Assembly: GCF_037042905.1 (NCBI RefSeq)
Contig: NC_087250.1
Location: forward strand, 14,138,001-14,202,000
Source of the DNA: Lytechinus pictus
Lineage: Eukaryota
Direction of reading: 5' to 3'
Length of the DNA stretch: 64,000 bases
Shown: positions 1 to 13,133 of the stretch, piece after piece
How the letters are laid out: every line of letters begins with the position of its first letter
How positions within the stretch are numbered: position 1 is the first letter of the stretch
Made by a program: the position numbers and the translations under genes
Notes under the pieces: model-generated
Database searches by the model: none
What the model was told of the DNA's origin: nothing
Seen by the model: the letters and a program-made list of their open reading frames with translations, nothing else

Positions 1-200
1 TCTGCTTTGCAAAAAGTAACTTTTGTTTTGTAACACCTGGGAGGCGAAAAGGTAGGTTTCTCTATCAGCTTCATTTGATGACGTGCTCGCACGCAGAAGT
101 CTAACCCCGTCAGAGGCTGCCGAATTCCCCCACCCCCACCCGTTTGCCTATTTTCCCACTTTATTGAATAATTCGCAGTTTTTGACCCCCCTCGTTCAGG
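1..200 (-). repeat. Inverted copy of the ~210-bp satellite unit found at 881-1870
   Basis: tttctctatcagcttcatttgatgacgtgctcgcac is the reverse complement of gtgcgagcacgtcttcaaataaagctgatatagaaa at ~948-983. Confidence 0.7.
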
Positions 201-221
201 CAAAAGAGCATTCCTGCTATA

Positions 222-881
222 CAGTGCGTCCCAGAAAAAATGAAACCGAGATTAAGCGACGATTTATCATAGCTTAATCACAAATACAATAGACAAATGA
301 CCTACCAATGTAAAGCTTAGAATCTCCTTTTTCATCTGATATTATTTAGATCATTCCTCATTCACGCATGAGTGAGCAAAAACAATTTGAAGAGGGGATA
401 CCAAAAACTCATTTGGCGGGCTGTATCTGGGTTACAAAAAGAAAACCACATTTCTTACAAGTTCAATATCTGCTCTTTAATTTGATACCTTAATCACAAA
501 AAATGTCAAGAAGTAAAAAGTTATGTTCCCTCGAAACAATGCTTTTATTTCCATAATTTCATTAAATAAACGTGTTTTCACCGGTTTCCCACAGAAGCTA
601 TCGCATGGTTAACAAAAGACTTAATGCATGGCTGATCGTCAACAAAACGGAGTGTCGAGTGAGTTTGAACGCTAGCCTGTAAAACCTCTTCATTTCATGA
701 AATTATTGAAATTCAAGCCTTATTTAATTACCAGAACTTTGTTATTTCTTGACCATTTTCTGTAATTGTGGTATCAAATTAAAAAAGCAGATATAGAACT
801 TTTTAGAAATGTGGTTTTCTTTTTTAAACCCAGATACAGCCTGCCAAATGACTTTTTGGTATCCCCTCTTCAAATTATTTT
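222..881. mobile_element. TA-flanked CAGTG MITE (Tc1/mariner-type ends), right arm truncated
   Basis: TA|CAGTGCGTCCCAGAAAAAA start, internally palindromic, same family as 6085-6551 and 17844-18536. Confidence 0.8.
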
Positions 882-1870
882 AAATAGGTAAAATACGGAA
901 AAAGGGGTTGGTGATTTCTTGAGCCCCTGACGGGGGTAGGCTCCGGTGTGCGAGCACGTCTTCAAATAAAGCTGATATAGAAATATCTACCTTTTTGTTT
1001 CCCATGAGTTACAAAACAATAAAAGTGACTTTTGTGCAAAGCAGAAACGCCGTTTGTCTCAATTGGGGCTCCAAAAGTGCGAATTTTCCTGGAAATGGGC
1101 AAGATGCAAAATAGGGGTTGGGTAACCTCAGCCGCCCCCTGAGGAGTAGGCTTCGATGTGCCAACAATTTGTTACATGAAGCAGATAGAGAAAATACTAC
1201 TTTTTCGTATCCAAGTGGTTTTTAGACAATGAAAGTGGATTGCTATTCAGCAGAAACATCCTTTTGCCTCAGTGGGGGCTCCAAATTTGCAGATTTTTCC
1301 ATAAATTTGCAAAATACGGAAAAAAGGGGAAGGTGTCTTCAGAGACCCATTGACGGGGGTGGCTTCAATGTGCCAGCGATTCTTTATATGTAGCAGATAT
1401 AATAAAATCTACTCCTTCGTCTCCAAGTGATTTAAAACAATAAAAGTGGCTTCACTGCATAGTAGAAACACTTTTTCCTCAATGTGGCTCCAAATTGCGA
1501 ATTTTCCACAAAATGGGCAAAATACAAAAAGGGGCTCGGTGACTTGGGGCAGCCCCCTGAGAGGGTAGGCTTTGATATGCACTCACTTCTTTATTTGTAG
1601 CTGATATAGAAAAGCATATTCTTTTGTATCCAAGTAATTTCAAGAAAATAAAAGTTGTTTTTTACCTTACCGAAACATAATTTTGCCACTTTGAGGGCTC
1701 CAAGATGCGAGATATTTTAATAGTCAAGCTACGGATAAGGGAGGGGTACCTTCGACATGTTCTTGCGGGAATATGCTTTAAGGTGCCCGAATGTAATTGC
1801 TTGCGACATGTAGAGCAATGCCTCCTCTAACTTTTCCAAGAGGTTTCATAAACATAACAATTGCTTTATT
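881..1870 (+). repeat. Degenerate tandem array, ~210-bp unit, ~5 copies
   Basis: Marker gc(t/a)gatatagaaa recurs at ~971, 1181, 1393, 1600 and weakly ~1806; ggggctccaa and aaaagtg motifs recur with the same period. Confidence 0.75.
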
Positions 1871-3079
1871 ATGTAGAAAACTCCTTTTGCCCTCATACCC
1901 ATTATGTAATATACACTTTTCTATCGCTACGCTCATTACATGCATTCATGCGTGCTAGTCACACCAACCAAGGCGAGGCTAGACCGATTGAGTCTATTGT
2001 ACACTTTTGAAAGGCAAGCCAGCGAGCGCATTGTAGTCGGTATCACTAGTGTAACTAGTGACGGAGGTTGCTTTTTTGTGTAATTTTATCGCAATATCGG
2101 GGAATACATGTAAAGGTATTTTCCCCTTTATCTAAGCAAGTTAAGACATTAATACTGTCACGAAGCTTGTCAATGTTCTCGTTAACATGGTTAATATATA
2201 TCCTCTTTTGTGTTGAATGCTAATATTTTGCAATAGTTGTTGATATTAATGACAAAACAGAACGATATCAATGCACATGCAAATTTTTGACCAAAAACAT
2301 GGACATTTTGGCATAAATTCTCATTTTTTTCAAAAATTATTAATCGGACTGTCCAGAAAACGATTGCAATCGATTTCTACTATCTAAATCATTGTGAAAC
2401 GTGTATTTATTTAATATATTCCCATTGTGCACAAATATGAAAATAATTGTTTTTCATGAACAATCCAAGATGGCCGACAAAAATAGGGTCCTCTGGGCCT
2501 TCCGTACAGGATATGACCCGGCAGCAACACATTTTCTTGACCACTAATATCATACCAACATGATGGGACCATCAAACCTTATGTACCCGATCAGCTGAAT
2601 AAACTTTCCCAGCCCCGGTCTATAATGCTATGTAGATCCTCACATTGGCAATGCGACAAGGATGTGTGATGTCACATGTGAACAACTTTCCCTTTGAAGG
2701 ACTATAAAATAGCCCTAAAACGTCTCTTTTTTTGCTTTTTCTTATGGTGATACAAACCCTTTATCCATGATGTATTCTTTAAAAATCTGTATTACATGCC
2801 CTCCTATAAAAAGAATACATGATCTACTGATAGATGTGATAAAAGAGGCAGTTTAAGTTTATATACTAAAGTAATGGGGAGAGTTAATCACAAGTGACAT
2901 CACACATATTTGTCCCATTGCCAATGTGAGGATCTCCATAGCATTAGTGATCGCAATATTTAAATGCTTATAAATTTCTCATTATTTGTCCGATTTTTCT
3001 CAAAGTTTCGATGACCCGTCTCTTTGATTTTTCTGTTTTCATACAAGCTACCTTATTCCAAGGTTTCATTCTCCTTTAA

Positions 3080-3325
3080 ATCTGTTGAATATTTCAGAAG
3101 TTATCATACGGAAACCAACTCGCATATTTAATGAGCTGTGACCTTTGATATGCGGACTCGGAATTGGAACTTAGCCTGTATTTCGATGTCATCTACCTAC
3201 ACACCAATTTTTTTTTAATCCATTAAATATGTTTTTAGTTATTGAGCGGAAAACAAGTGGGGGACGGACGGACAGGGGTAAAGCTTAATGCCCCCTCCGG
3301 ACTTCGTCTGCGGAGGCATAAAAAG
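3080..3325 (+). mobile_element. 3' end of a Helentron-associated/pearl-type non-autonomous element
   Basis: tgacctttga core, (GGAC)n tract at ~3262-3274, then stem-loop atgccccctccggac..gtctgcggaggcat and an A-run. Confidence 0.55.
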
Positions 3326-3622
3326 TAGTATGAGCTTGGCGCTCACATTAGATGACTATGGTGATACATAGTAAGCTTTTCATTGGATCTGCATTTAAAA
3401 TGTACAATTAGCTTGCTTTTTGAGCTCGCATTATTTGATTCGTTATATCACGTACCCTCTTAATGAATTTCCCCACACGATCCTTAAAATGTAGTTTTTG
3501 GGAGTCAGTATATAACAAATTTAGCTCGTGCTTCGCGCTTGCATGAATTGCATATGAGACCCGCATCCTAGCTGCCCCTGATTACAAACAAGTGCTTAAA
3601 ATGTATCATTTTTTTGTCGTAT

Positions 3623-3842
3623 GGGGTGTTGCAGGAGACTTGCGATCAATTGCAAGTATACTTTTGGTCTCAAAATGAATCGTACATGTAAGTTTGGTAA
3701 TGATTGTGTATATTGCTAATCTACTTTTTCAAACAAGTAGGCCCAGTGTTATCTGATTTCCTACATATAAAATTGATTTATCAGTTATAAAAGTTGAACC
3801 GAATATTTGCAATTGATTGCAAATATTTTCTTGCAACACCCC
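3623..3842. mobile_element. Short palindromic MITE
   Basis: GGGGTGTTGCAGGAGACTTGCGATCAATTGCAA pairs with TTGCAATTGATTGCAAATATTTTCTTGCAACACCCC. Confidence 0.7.
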
Positions 3843-3846
3843 ATTA

Positions 3847-4080
3847 GCATGTCGCGGAGCAATTGACGGCGGATGAACCGTCGGTGTAGCAATTATCGTA
3901 CAATCGAAAGCAGTTGTCGGCGGAGAAAATATCGGCGGAGTAATTTTCGAGGGAGCAAATGTTGTCGGAGCAATTGACGGCGGAGCAATTGTCGCTGGAG
4001 CAATTGCCCGGAACAATTATCAGCGGAGCAGTTGTCGCATCATGCGTAGAAATTATCGGCGGAGCAATTTTTATGAAACC
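3847..4080 (+). repeat. 15-bp minisatellite (GGAGCAATTGTCGNC), a single foldback arm ending ...GAAACC
   Basis: Roughly a dozen degenerate 15-mers; explains the spurious ORFs 3729-4016 and 3844-4140. Confidence 0.75.
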
Positions 4081-4195
4081 GATGACAACTAGGCCTACTA
4101 ATGGCAAATTTGGTGTGAGGTTTTCATCATGAGCTTCCAAATTTACTCTCTATGATGTACAAAGTGCTTCACTCTTCGGGGTGCCCTTCCTATAC

Positions 4196-6077
4196 GGCTC
4201 GGTGTAAAAATGGCAGAGGTTAGAATGGCAGAGGTAATAATGGCAGAGGTAAAATGGCAGAGGTAAAAATGGCAGAGGTAAAAATGGCAGGGGTTATAAT
4301 GGCAGAGATAAAAATGGCAGGGGTTATAATGGCAGAGGTAAAATGGCAAAGGTAAAAATGGCAGGGGTTATAATGGGAGAGGTAAAATGACAGCTCTAGG
4401 TAAAATATGGCCAATCTTAATCCCCCATGCAATGAATTGTCAAAAAGCCCCCGCATGTACATAGATTAAATTAGAAGTGCATGTCACGGTTAGCCATTTC
4501 ATCATATCATTATGTCTTCATCGGCCTAGCAATGTTATTTACGAATTCGTTGGAGGTGTACCGTGAACGCTTTTTAAAAATAAATCAAACGACATATATT
4601 TTTTCATTCAATTTATCAGGAGCAAAATGAAACTGCACTATTCTCGTTCATCATTTTATAACATTCCTTTTTGCCTGGCTGTTTTTGTTTTATATCTAAA
4701 GTTTTGCCAGGTTTACCGATGCAAAAAGGAGGAAAAGTAGACATAAGAGAGGTGGAGAGACAGATAGGGTTAGGGGGCGGGGAAAACATAGAGAAAATAG
4801 CGGGGAAGGCTTAGACGTTGAAATTGTCACGAATGATTGTGGTTAAATATCATTTCGTTATTTGTAATGTCGTCTGTACTATTCTTTTTTTAATATTTGA
4901 ATGACAATAAGCATGCGTTCCTAGGCTTGGCACTGAATATGTAACTGATTATGAAAATCAATTATAATCTTGCTTTGACTGGTAAACCAATTTGGGGTCG
5001 ATCGAGGGGGACCGTCTGGTTCAGATTCTTTGCATAAAAGAAGACCCTGAACCTTTACCACTGCATCCAATATGATATAAACGGCTTGATGATCATAACC
5101 CTTGGAAGCGGACGTGCTGTTGGGTATTTTATTCACCATAAGCAGCACCCTCTTGTAAATTAGCTTGGTATATATGCTAAAATGTAGAGATTTGATACAA
5201 ATCTCTGTTATTTTTCAAACAGAAGGAAAAACATTGTTTATTATCTAATTGTTATTATTTTTGTTGTAATTCTTTTTCTGACCTAAAAGAACTTCATTTA
5301 GTTGAAATAATTTTTTTGTGTCATTTTCCCCCTTAACCAAATCCCCTTTCGTTTTGGAGTGAAAACTTTTTTTCTCGGCATTTAACAAACCAGCACCCCA
5401 TATCTCTTTCATTTTTGCCTCTGCCATCTTTGTCTTTGTCATTTTCAACTCCGCCATTCTTTACACTGTTAGAAAATGTATACTTGAAAATAAAAAATTC
5501 CTGCAGTAGAGTCTGGAGAACACCTGTGATCTTACTGCACTGTGTAATCTTACATGCATTTATGTAAAATTACAGAATATTGGTATTTTGTGCGTGTACC
5601 CTTACAAATTTATTGTAATAAAACTGTTTTCCCTTTTTTAAAACATCTGTTCTGTAAAATTGTAGAAAAATTGTGGAAAATCCTCCTGTTATTCTAATTT
5701 ACAAAATTATTATTTTTTTTTCTGTAAAACTTGTTTTTTAATTTTTCTTCTGTAGAATCTACTGTTTTTTTCTAATAGTGTACCTCGGCCACTTTTACCC
5801 CTGCCATTATCACATCTTCCATTTTTACCTCTTGTCATTTATGCCTCTGCTCTTTTGACCTCTGCCGTTTTTACCTCTGCCATTTTTACCTCTGCAATTA
5901 TTACCTCTGCCATTTTTACCTCTGCCATTTTTACCTCTGCCATTTTTACCTCTGCCATTATTACCTCTGCCATTTTTACTTCTGCCATTTTTACCTCTGC
6001 CATTTTTACCTCTGCCATATTTACCTCTGCCATTATTACCTCTGCCATTTTTACCTCTGCCATTTTTACCTGGCACC
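4196..6077. mobile_element. Foldback (TU-like) DNA element with inverted 15-bp tandem arms
   Basis: Left arm (AAAATGGCAGAGGTA)n at 4196-4410, right arm (TACCTCTGCCATTTT)n at ~5400-5460 and 5780-6077. GG...CC ends. TCCTATAC is duplicated at 4188-4195 and 6078-6085. Confidence 0.85.
5464..5780. mobile_element. CACTG-type MITE inserted into the right foldback arm
   Basis: TA|CACTGTTAGAAAA ... TTTTCTAATAGTG|TA; it interrupts the 15-mer array. Confidence 0.65.
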
Positions 6078-6084
6078 TCCTATA

Positions 6085-6551
6085 CAGTGCGTCCCAGAAA
6101 AAACGAAACCGGGATTTAGCGATGATTTATCATAACTTAATCAAAAATAAAATAGACAAATGACCTACCAATGTAAAGCTTATAATCTCCTCTTCCATCT
6201 GATATTACTTAGATTATTCCTCATTCACGCATGCGTGAGCAAAAACAATTTGAAGGAAGGATACCAAAAACTCATTTGGTGGGGGGTATATGAATTTCAA
6301 AAAGAAAATCACATGTCTTAAAAGTTCAATATGTGCTCTTTAATTTGATACCTCAATTACAGAAAATGGTCAAGAAATAACAAAGGTCTGGTTATTTGAA
6401 ATAAGGCTTGAATTTCCATAATCTCATTAAATAAACTGTTTTCACCGGTTTCCCACAGAAGCTATCGCATGGTTAACAAAAGACTTAATGCACGGCTGAT
6501 CGTAAACAAAACGGAGTGTCGAGTGAGTCTGAACGCTAGCCTGTAAAACCT
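6085..6551. mobile_element. CAGTG MITE, left half only
   Basis: Near-identical to 222-688; ends about 11 nt from the exon D splice donor. Confidence 0.8.
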
Positions 6552-6562
6552 ATAATCATTAC

Positions 6563-6758
6563 CTGTAGTTCCATGTCTGCAGGCGGTTGTACCTCTCCTA
6601 CACACTTATAAAGCTGTCTGGTTAGAACCTTCTGGATGATGTCTTTGGATTCCTTCAGGTATTTATTCTGGGAGGTGAGGATGTGTTCGAGTACACTATC
6701 TGTCAGATGGGTGTAGGCATGCATGTCATCAAGTGATTTAGACATGGTCAACTTCTTC
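6563..6758 (-). CDS. SAMHD1: SAMHD1-like internal exon D (196 nt, phase 2/0)
   Basis: (G)KKLTMSKSLDDMHAYTHLTDSVLEHILTSQNKYLKESKDIIQKVLTRQLYKCVGEVQPPADMELQ, matching [39 protein letters not shown]. Acceptor tgcAG at 6760-59, donor GTaatg at 6562. Confidence 0.93.
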
Positions 6759-7080
6759 CTGCATTAGAAACTCCAAAAATACATTAGAAGATTGAAGATA
6801 GATTTGATAATGATATCTATGTATTCCTTGAAGCTTTTGGCTTGCAAACATTCAAGTAAATTTAACAAGGTTACAAAAACAAGTGGAACACCTCTGGCAG
6901 TTTCGCCTCCATCCTGCGATTCAATATAGCAGCAGTGTTGACTTTGATAACTACTGAATAATATCATTATAAAAAAAATACTATTCATATGATAATAAAA
7001 TACTATATTCATTGACCCTAAATGGCCTTTGAGCGTGGTCATGTGACAAGTTCAAGTTTATTTATTAAAATCCAAAAACA

Positions 7081-9640
7081 TTTGTTTATTTGTTTGATCA
7101 TTTATTTTCCATAATCATATAAAAACAGTTCATTACAATACAAATTAAATACATGCAATAATATACATTCATAAAAGTAAAATACATATAAACATTTTAC
7201 AGAATGCCTTTCAATGAAAACAAGAAAGGGTAATACATGCTAAATTATTTGAAAATGAAAAAAAAGGGAAACTAAAATAAGGCCATGTGGCCCTTTAAAA
7301 TAAGTTCCCTTATATCTATATCTAATACAATAAAATATATTACGTGTTACTGAAAGACATGTTTACAAAAAAAGAAACAAAAATGAAATGTGTCAGAGGA
7401 ACATCGAAACAAAAATATGGCAATACATGCACTACTTGTGGTACATGTCAGTATTTTGATAAAAAGAATGTTTTCAAATGTTTTTTAAATGAGTTTTGGT
7501 TATTACAAAGAGAAATATAATTTGGTAATGAATTCCAAATGATTGGTATTCTACATCGAGGACATTTTTCTTCATACATAAATAAAACTTTTCAACGATG
7601 AAAATTATATCGATTTCTTGTATTGTAATTGTGAACATTAAAGAAATCAGTGACAGGTTGAGAGGGAGGTCTGTACACTGTGGCAAGAATTAAGCTTTTT
7701 TTCTTTGTGAAACACTTCAATAAAAATCGACTCAATAGAATCATTAAAAACATCAAGATCAGTGCGCCGATGAAACCTCACACCATTTCTAATAAAAAAA
7801 CCAACACCTTCACCTCGCTTATTTTTACGCCCAGTACCAACAAAATTGTAACCACTGAATATAAATGTCTCGTCATTGATTAGCCAAGTCTCAGACAGAG
7901 CTATGATATGGAATGAAAAATTCAAATTAGACAAAAGAGATTCAATATTTTCAACATTTTTCTTAATACTTCGACAATTGAAATGCACAACTGACACTGT
8001 ACTATGATAATGGCAAGAACTAAAGTGATCATTTAATTGAGTTGGCAGGTAATAGGAGGTATCATTAATAAAATAATTCTCTACAGTCCCCCACAGAAGC
8101 ATGCTCCTGTAAACTCTCCTTACAAAAAGGAAATTCATGATTATTCAAATTTGGGAGTTGCCTCAAACAAAAAAACAAGACGTGGAAATAGACATTTAAA
8201 TAACATATAAACAGGTTTAACAAAAGCACATAAATAATAAGACTACTCATAAATAGTTTAAAAAATTGATCGTTTCAGAACGAGAGAGAGATAGAAAGAA
8301 AGGAGTAGCTTCGGAGTCAATGTAATTATAGTATTAAGCACATTAATTATTCAACTGCTGGCAAGATTTCTGCAATGAAAATGTTTAGTATACAGGTAGG
8401 TAGGTACAGCTAGCTTACTCACAATTACAGAGACAGGTAAGTACTGTAGGTACATGTACATATGATCAGATCAGCTTTTCTTCATCTTCTCCAAATCATA
8501 CACACTTGAGATCAGCTTTGTGGCTGTTTTACCTCCTGTTGCTGGGATTACCGCAATGACTCGTCCATCAGATGACCATGCTGACTGAATGAGAGGATGA
8601 GCGCGAGCTTGCTTGAGGAGACTCTGGTTCTTTGCTGTTAGATCTTCGACGATTGTGATGCCGCTTCCTTTCAGCTTCTTTCTGTTTTCCATGATATCTC
8701 TTCGTTTTCTGTAGGTGGTAAGTTTCACGATGATAGAGCGAGCATATTTATCACGAATGATACTAGAAGCAAGATCAGTAGAAGAAGCCTCACAAGATGC
8801 TGAAGCGCTCGATGTCACATCAACAGTAGATGGACGTCCGGTCGTTGACGATGGATGAGCCTTCGGTTTTCCTGTCCGATGAGAACGATCAATGTCTGTT
8901 GTTTTGTCAAGTTTAATGCCCAGCTTTCCACATATGATGTATGTTGCTATGTCATCAGTGTTCTCTCCAGTTGTCTCCTTCACACCAAATATCCGAATGC
9001 ACGAACGCCGGGAGTACTGCTCCATGTTGTCAATCGCATTCTCTAGCTTTGAACATCTGTTGTTTTGGCTGGAAATCTTTTCACAAAGATGCATGATTTC
9101 TCTTTCTTTCTCATCCACTCTATTGTGTAGGTTGATGACATCATCCTTTACTGTCTCTATGCTTGCAATCAATTCACTCAGCTTTTTTTCTATTGCATTG
9201 CTAACTATGTTGTCCAAAAGTTTGATGAACTCTTGATTCTATAAAAGATCCTTCATCACCTGGGTTGCCAAGGCTGTAGTCTGTCTGGTATTCACTGTTG
9301 TGTTGTCAGGCATAATGAGATTAGAATGACAATAGATAAGCAAAGTCACAGCCTTGGAGAAAAATGCACAGGAGAGATAGGCCTATGATGTCACACAAGT
9401 TGGAAGGAGTGACAAAAAATTAGGTATCTGGGACTGAAGTAAATAATACAGTTGAGAGTAGGTAGAAACTTGCCTTAATTCCCTCCTTGCTACTCCATGA
9501 AGAGCCACTAAAATCTCCTTAGAGCATTGTAGAAAGTATCAATAGTCAAGATATGTCCATTTATACAGCTTTTGAAGATGATAGGTGAAAAATGCTACAA
9601 ATTTAATCCAGAGAAAGATTCCGTACATTCGATCGCGCGA
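7081..9640 (-). mobile_element. CR1/L2-group LINE with ORF1, internally deleted ORF2, 3' UTR and tail
   Basis: ORF1 motifs EQYSRRSCIRIFGV, DIDRSHRTG, IIVKL, ITIVEDLT. APE N-terminus HFNCRS, IIALSETWL, GVGFFI, VYRPP. ORF2 C-terminal motifs HNYNTR, WNSLP, SFKK. AATAAA plus (CAAA/TAAA) tail near 7081-7106. The 5' end is approximate. Confidence 0.85.
8471..9313 (-). pseudogene. LINE ORF1 (coiled-coil + RRM/CTD type), one premature stop
   Basis: ATG at 9313, in-frame TAG at 9241-9239, then an open frame that includes the 248-aa ORF 9217-8471. Confidence 0.8.
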
Positions 9641-10344
9641 AAGTTTTGTTTCTATAAATCAAAGTTATTATTATTATTATTATTACTATTATTGTTTACA
9701 CGGTAATCCCGGACTGTACACAGATGGCCCCGGATTGACAATCCGGGGTGATCTGTGTTGGATCCGTGAAGGTGTACGGGGCTTTAGACATCAGATTAAA
9801 TAATGGCAATAAAATTGAGACGGAAATCCACTACAATCTAAACGTTTCTAATATAAATGTAAAAAAAAACATGAATAATCAGCTTATTTCGTAGAATAAT
9901 AAATAATCATCCTATAAACTACATGAAAGGTTTATTTTCTCTGCTTTTAACCCATTCACACGAAATATGAATATATCAGGATTATGTGGTAGCCATTTCA
10001 GATTCTTACTTTTAAAAACTTCAATGAAATGACTTGTTTTTCAACTTAGTCATCATATCCGCGAAAACTTGCGAAATGTCAAATTCCGGAAGAAAATATT
10101 TTACAGAAGTATTCTTCAGAGTGTTGTCTTTCAACTGGACATGACAACAATTATAACTTTACATTGCCCAAAATGACTTTGGCGCATTTTGGCTTCGCCA
10201 CGGCTCACTGTGCGCTGGTGTAGCAGCAGATCTGGTTCCACCGGCGGATACGGTATCCGCTGGCAGGTATCTTTAATAACGACAAATATTGTTCTTTACT
10301 AGGAGCCATATCTTTACTCGGATAGAAATGAAAGTACAAGGAGT

Positions 10345-12835
10345 GGCAGAAAGGCTGAGCCTTATATAAAAGCCAAGCTCCAAACATGATTATAAACCAA
10401 AGTATACATAACCGATTTAAAAACAAAAGATAAAATTTAAAGGTACGTACATACATGCAATCATCAACACCTATTTACAAAAAAAAAATGGACAGACACA
10501 CACAAACACACCCACACACCCGCACCACACACATATCTAATTGAGTAAAATCATTGCACCTGTGAATAGTTTTGAAGTAAATAAAATTTCATTTTCCTTT
10601 TGAAACTATTTAATGATGGGCTTAATTTTATATCTAATGGTACGCTATTCCAGATTTTGGGACCTCTGAAAAAAATATTATTTTGAGAAACTGATGTTCT
10701 TACTAAGGGAATGTGAAAATTTTCTGCATACCTGGTTTGATATCCATGAATATCTTTATTTAACTGAAAATATTGTAAAAGAGAACTTGGTAAGATTTTT
10801 TTGTAACATAAATACATAAAAAATTGCACTATGATAAATATATAAATCAGGCATTCTCAGAGTTTTCAGGCTATGAAAGAGAGGCATGGTATGGGCAATA
10901 TATTGGCTATGTGTAACAATTCTTATTATTTTCTTCTGCAACAATAGAAGTATATCTGTATTCTGCATACTGGAACATGCCCATATGATAATACAATAAT
11001 ATAAATGTGGTAAAATTAAAGTGTTATATAGAGTCATTAGGGGTTCTTTAGAAATAAATTTCAAACTATAAAACACACCAACACGTTTAGATATTTTGTT
11101 GCAGATGACACCAGTGTGTTCCTTCCATGTAAGTTTATTGTCAATTAAGACACCTAGAAAAGTTGTTTGTGTGACCTGATCAATAAATGAGTCCTTTACT
11201 TTAATTCTTATTTGAGTAGTATCAATTTGATTCTTTGTAAATACCATAAAATGTGTTTTCTTTATATTAAGTGAAAGTTTATTATCTTCTATCCATTTGA
11301 CAATTTTATTGAATTCAGAATGAAATGTATTTTGAAGAACTGTAATGTCTTGGTGAGACATAAACACACTAGTGTCATCTGCAAATATCAATTATAATGT
11401 TTTGGAAATGTTACAGATATCATTTAGATATAAAAGAAATATTAATGGCCCTAAAATTGAACCTTGGGGCACTCCACATCTTACAATCTCTTGCTGAGAT
11501 TCATGTTCATCTAATACTACGTATTGCTTTCGATTATCTAAATAACTTTTAAACCAATCCATTACAACACCTCGAAAACCATATTTTTCCATTTTTTCAA
11601 CAAATTATGTGATCAAGAGAATCAAATGCCTTATTAAGGTCTAAAAATAATCCAATCATGATTTCTTTATTATCAAAGGCATTTGTTACTTTATGAATAA
11701 ATTCAGAAATGGCAGAAGATGTGGAGTGCCCTACTCGAAAACCAAATTGTTTGGGAGTAATAATATTGCACTTTTCCAGAAAATTATATACACGCGTGTA
11801 CACACATTTTTCTAAAATTTTTGAAAAAAAAGGGAGGACAGATATAGGCCCATAGTTTGATAATTCATCTTTTGATCCATTTTTATAAAATGGAATGACT
11901 TTCGCAATTTTAAGTTTATCTGGAACCGTGCCAGTACTCAAAGACAAATTAATTATATCACATAGTGGATAACATAATATATGAATAACAGTCTTTACCA
12001 ATGTACTGCAAACACCATCAAAACCAGGGCACTTGCCACTTTTAAACTTTGAAACAATATCAATAACTTCTTTAGATGTACATGGAGTAAAATACAAACT
12101 TGAATTATTTTTCATTACATTTACATACTGCATAAAATCACCACTGTTTTTAAACGAGGAAGACAATGTTTGGCATATATTTAGAAAAATGAATTAAAAG
12201 TATTGCATATTGCACCTTTCTCTTTAACTGTAACATCATTGCAAACAACATAGTTTGGTAGTACCTTATTTTTTACATCCCCTACCCAGCAATGTGTTGA
12301 TAATTTTCCATGTGATTTTCATGTCACCAGCAGCATTTTCAAATTTGCATTTAAAATATTCTTTCTTTGCCTTCCTAATTTCATTTGATACTTTATTTCT
12401 AAAATGCTTGTATTTTCCATAGTTCTCTGAAGTATTACATGTTAAATATTTTCTATATAAATGACATCTTTTATTCATTTTAATATATTTTAATAACTTG
12501 TCAAACCAAGGCTTGTTTTTGAATTTTCTTTTTACTATATGCCTAACAGGAAAGCATGAGTTGTTTATATCTAAGAACTTCTGCAAAAAATTATTATAAG
12601 CTATATTTGGATCTTGACTTCTAACATGCCAGGAGACACTGCTAATTTTCTGCACAAAAAGTTGTGTATTTTCTAAATTAATAATACGTTTATTGGAACT
12701 ATTCTCATTTTTAAGAAGCAATTCTAAATTTGATATGGAAAACACTGGAAAATGATCACTGATATTACAAAGCGGGATAACACCAGAAAATATTTCTTGC
12801 AAGTCATTTGTAAAAATGTTGTCTAATAAGGATGC
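10345..12835 (-). mobile_element. 5'-truncated CR1/L2-group LINE, ORF2 pseudogene (APE C-terminus + reverse transcriptase)
   Basis: Consecutive frameshifted ORFs carry LLDNIFTN, ISDHFPVF, PGFDG, PISVLPFFSKILEK, QFGFR, FLDLNKAFD, GVPQGSILGP, FADDT, FLGVLID, WNSVP. 3' UTR contains a (GT)n tract. Confidence 0.93.
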
Positions 12836-13133
12836 CGGGTTGACGCAGTTTCCTTATAATTTATTTTCCTGTTCAAACAGATGAATAAAAATGGTAGGTC
12901 ATATATAATTTTGAAGAAAATGGGTACCGTGTGCATGCATATCGAAAACCATAGCAAGAACGATATCTGCCAAAGAGATATTGGTTCTGAATCCGCCGAA
13001 GCTGGAACATGACACGCCGGTAGATAGTGTTCTTAGGACCATTCTGCCTAGCACCGGGTCCGCAGCTAAACCGGCTGCACTCACTGCCACAAATCAGCTA
13101 AACCGCGCCCACGCACCGGTTATGACATCGCAG

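Noticed and set aside
4921..5148. Next SAMHD1 exon downstream of exon D
   Set aside because: No similarity in any minus-strand frame to the expected DFIVD/MDYGM..NPI segment, and it lies inside a foldback element.
3729..6163. Pentapeptide-repeat ORFs (TSAIF, MAEVK, KNGRG, IAPTT)
   Set aside because: Artefacts of 15-bp tandem repeats in foldback arms.
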